Shown piece after piece: positions 62,116 through 64,000 of a stretch of DNA of 64,000 bases. The stretch's first letter is position 1. Each line of letters opens with the position of its first letter. The position numbers were made by a program, and so were the translations under genes. The stretch is from Octopus sinensis (taxonomy: Eukaryota). The stretch is from NCBI RefSeq assembly GCF_006345805.1, contig NC_042997.1:174778001-174842000 (forward strand). The letters run 5' to 3'. Under the pieces are notes generated by a model. The model was given only the letters and a program-made list of their open reading frames with translations. It did no database searches and was not told the origin of the DNA.

Positions 62116-64000
62116 TTATATATCATTCATTCATTCACTTATCTCCTTATCTTTCTATTCCACCTAACTTTCAATTACAGCATCTTGTTATCTCCATACC
62201 TTTCTAGCATGCCTGTCTCTATCTTTTTGGAACTCAAACTTCCTATCTATTTCTGTAACTGTTTACCTAGTCACTCGCAATATCGTTTCACAAGCTAACA
62301 AAAGTTGCTACCTCTGGAGATAGAGAGCTAGCATCAACGTACCTACCACATAAATGGATGTATGTAACGATGGGTGAATGTCACTGCATTCTACCTTTAT
62401 CTGACCATACTCTTGTTTTCCATTATTGTATTTCAATGAAAATGCATAAAAGTACTTCTGTTTTGATAATAATGTAGCTACCTCTCTAAATATCGCAAGG
62501 AAACTGTCCACTAATTTGTGAATCTAAGGAGCTGGACATTTCAGTTGTCAATCTAGACATTTTGACAAGAGACATTTCGAGTAATTGCTATTTGATTATT
62601 TATAAGGCAAAAAATTGTTATTTGCCCTGTGTAGGGTGAGAGCTGAAACGATGACTTATATATTTTCTTTTATTTCTATTCATATTAATAAAAGTATTTT
62701 ATTTATACATTCCAGCAGACTCGAGCGCAAGTATGCAAGTCCTTGCTATATGCAACACAGGAGAACTTCTCCTGCGTCCGACGACAATTTGTTCATAACT
62801 CTGTCGTTTCACTGGCAGAAGGAATTCTGACACACTGGTGTTTCGACATTTTGCTTCTCGTCACCCAGACGTACTAGGACCAGTGATTCTAAACAAGCCA
62901 GTGACTTTGTAATTTCAGTGAACAAATCGCGTGCTGATATCTGACAATCGTGAATAAGGTATTTTGATCAAAATGGACGCTGATTTAGGTTAGATGCGTT
63001 CGTTCACCTAACGATATCGTTACAATTTCGGAGAATGACTTGAGTGTAGCGTTGTGATTCAAACTTATGGCAAGTTGGTGGTAAAGCTATAAGATAATAA
63101 ATCATTTGGTTCATGCCTTATTTACTTCAAATTCATCCTCCTATTTCTAGAATTCAAACCCCTGCAGATTCCACTCTTCCAAGATTGCTAAAATATGTTC
63201 TAACTGTCGGAGTTGTTCTTTAGCTCCAGATCTGGACTAATCGAGAAGCAGACCTATGAGATCAAAGTAGTTCAATTCCAAACCTTGGCAGTCTCGTTTT
63301 TCTATTTGCCCAAAACCACATTAATCTACGTAGCCTTCCTTTTTTTAAAACTACAAAGTTATATGAGGAAGATTCGGATAGTATTTATAGCAGGTCATGG
63401 GGCAACGTCATTGTTCTCTTATACAGGAATGCACTTATGTTGATTACATCGAGTATAGCACATCTTTGAGTTGTGGATTGCCTGAATTGTTGAGCTAAAA
63501 CATAATATCCTGCCATGTATGGACATGTGTCTTTGCGTTTTGAGCAGTTCAAATGCCGCTAGATCGAATTTGCTTTTAATTTTTCTTGAAGGCAATGAAG
63601 TAAATACCAGTGATGTGCTGGTGACTGATTTAATCGATTGTAGCCTTCTACCAAATATTTTAACATTTTAAAATATAAGAATTCAGAGCTGCTGGGAGTT
63701 TCAGTGACATGATTTATTGGTGTAAGAAATAGATCGTTGACATAGCATATAGCAGAACCTAAGTACGCAAATCGTTGTCCAGTGCGTCAAAGAAGAATTT
63801 TTCTCTTGTACGATTATAATGTGTCCATAACGCACTCCGATCACTGGAGCAATGGATTTAGGGGTATCAGTGTTTTGACATTTTTTACCCAGAAGTAGCC
63901 TATGAGGTGTCGCATACATGCATACACACATACGTACGTACATACATACATACATACATACATACATACATACATACATACATACATACATACATACATA

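Noticed and set aside
62343-62523. Possible minus-strand 181-nt exon (IHKLVDSFLAIFREV...SIYVV) with faint cadherin-like ending
   Set aside because: Similarity is not convincing (no DxNDN or other cadherin hallmarks) and could be chance or TE relic.

Overview
AT-rich eukaryotic DNA saturated with microsatellites and retroelements. The SINE families and repeat landscape point to an octopus (coleoid cephalopod) genome; this is inferred from pattern recognition, not a database search. No host protein-coding gene could be supported: almost all ORF-track entries are translated microsatellites or SINE fragments. Supported content: (i) about 25 copies of four tRNA-derived SINE families; (ii) a young, 5'-truncated RTE LINE with a 10-bp TSD and one frameshift; (iii) a decayed R4/Dong-type LINE; (iv) a decayed mariner; (v) two Penelope GIY-YIG remnants; (vi) a 419-bp MITE carrying (CCCTAA)3; (vii) a 2.07-kb ORF1-only (HAL1-like) retroelement with a CCHC knuckle, inserted with a 14-bp TSD into a SINE tRNA head, itself inside a hAT MITE; (viii) several (TA)n-associated fold-back palindromes. 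The most striking signal is about ten type I hammerhead ribozyme motifs in 64 kb, from roughly four sequence families and folded by eye. They include a ~560-bp ribozyme element found as a tandem pair (36.7-37.8 kb) and a diverged solo copy (59.5-60.0 kb) with covarying stems and a shared antisense open frame, and a tRNA-promoter-headed element ending in a Penelope-type hammerhead (47.6-48.9 kb). Near-identical repeats differ by many 1-nt indels, suggesting residual long-read errors, so single-base lesions and some duplications need read-level confirmation.
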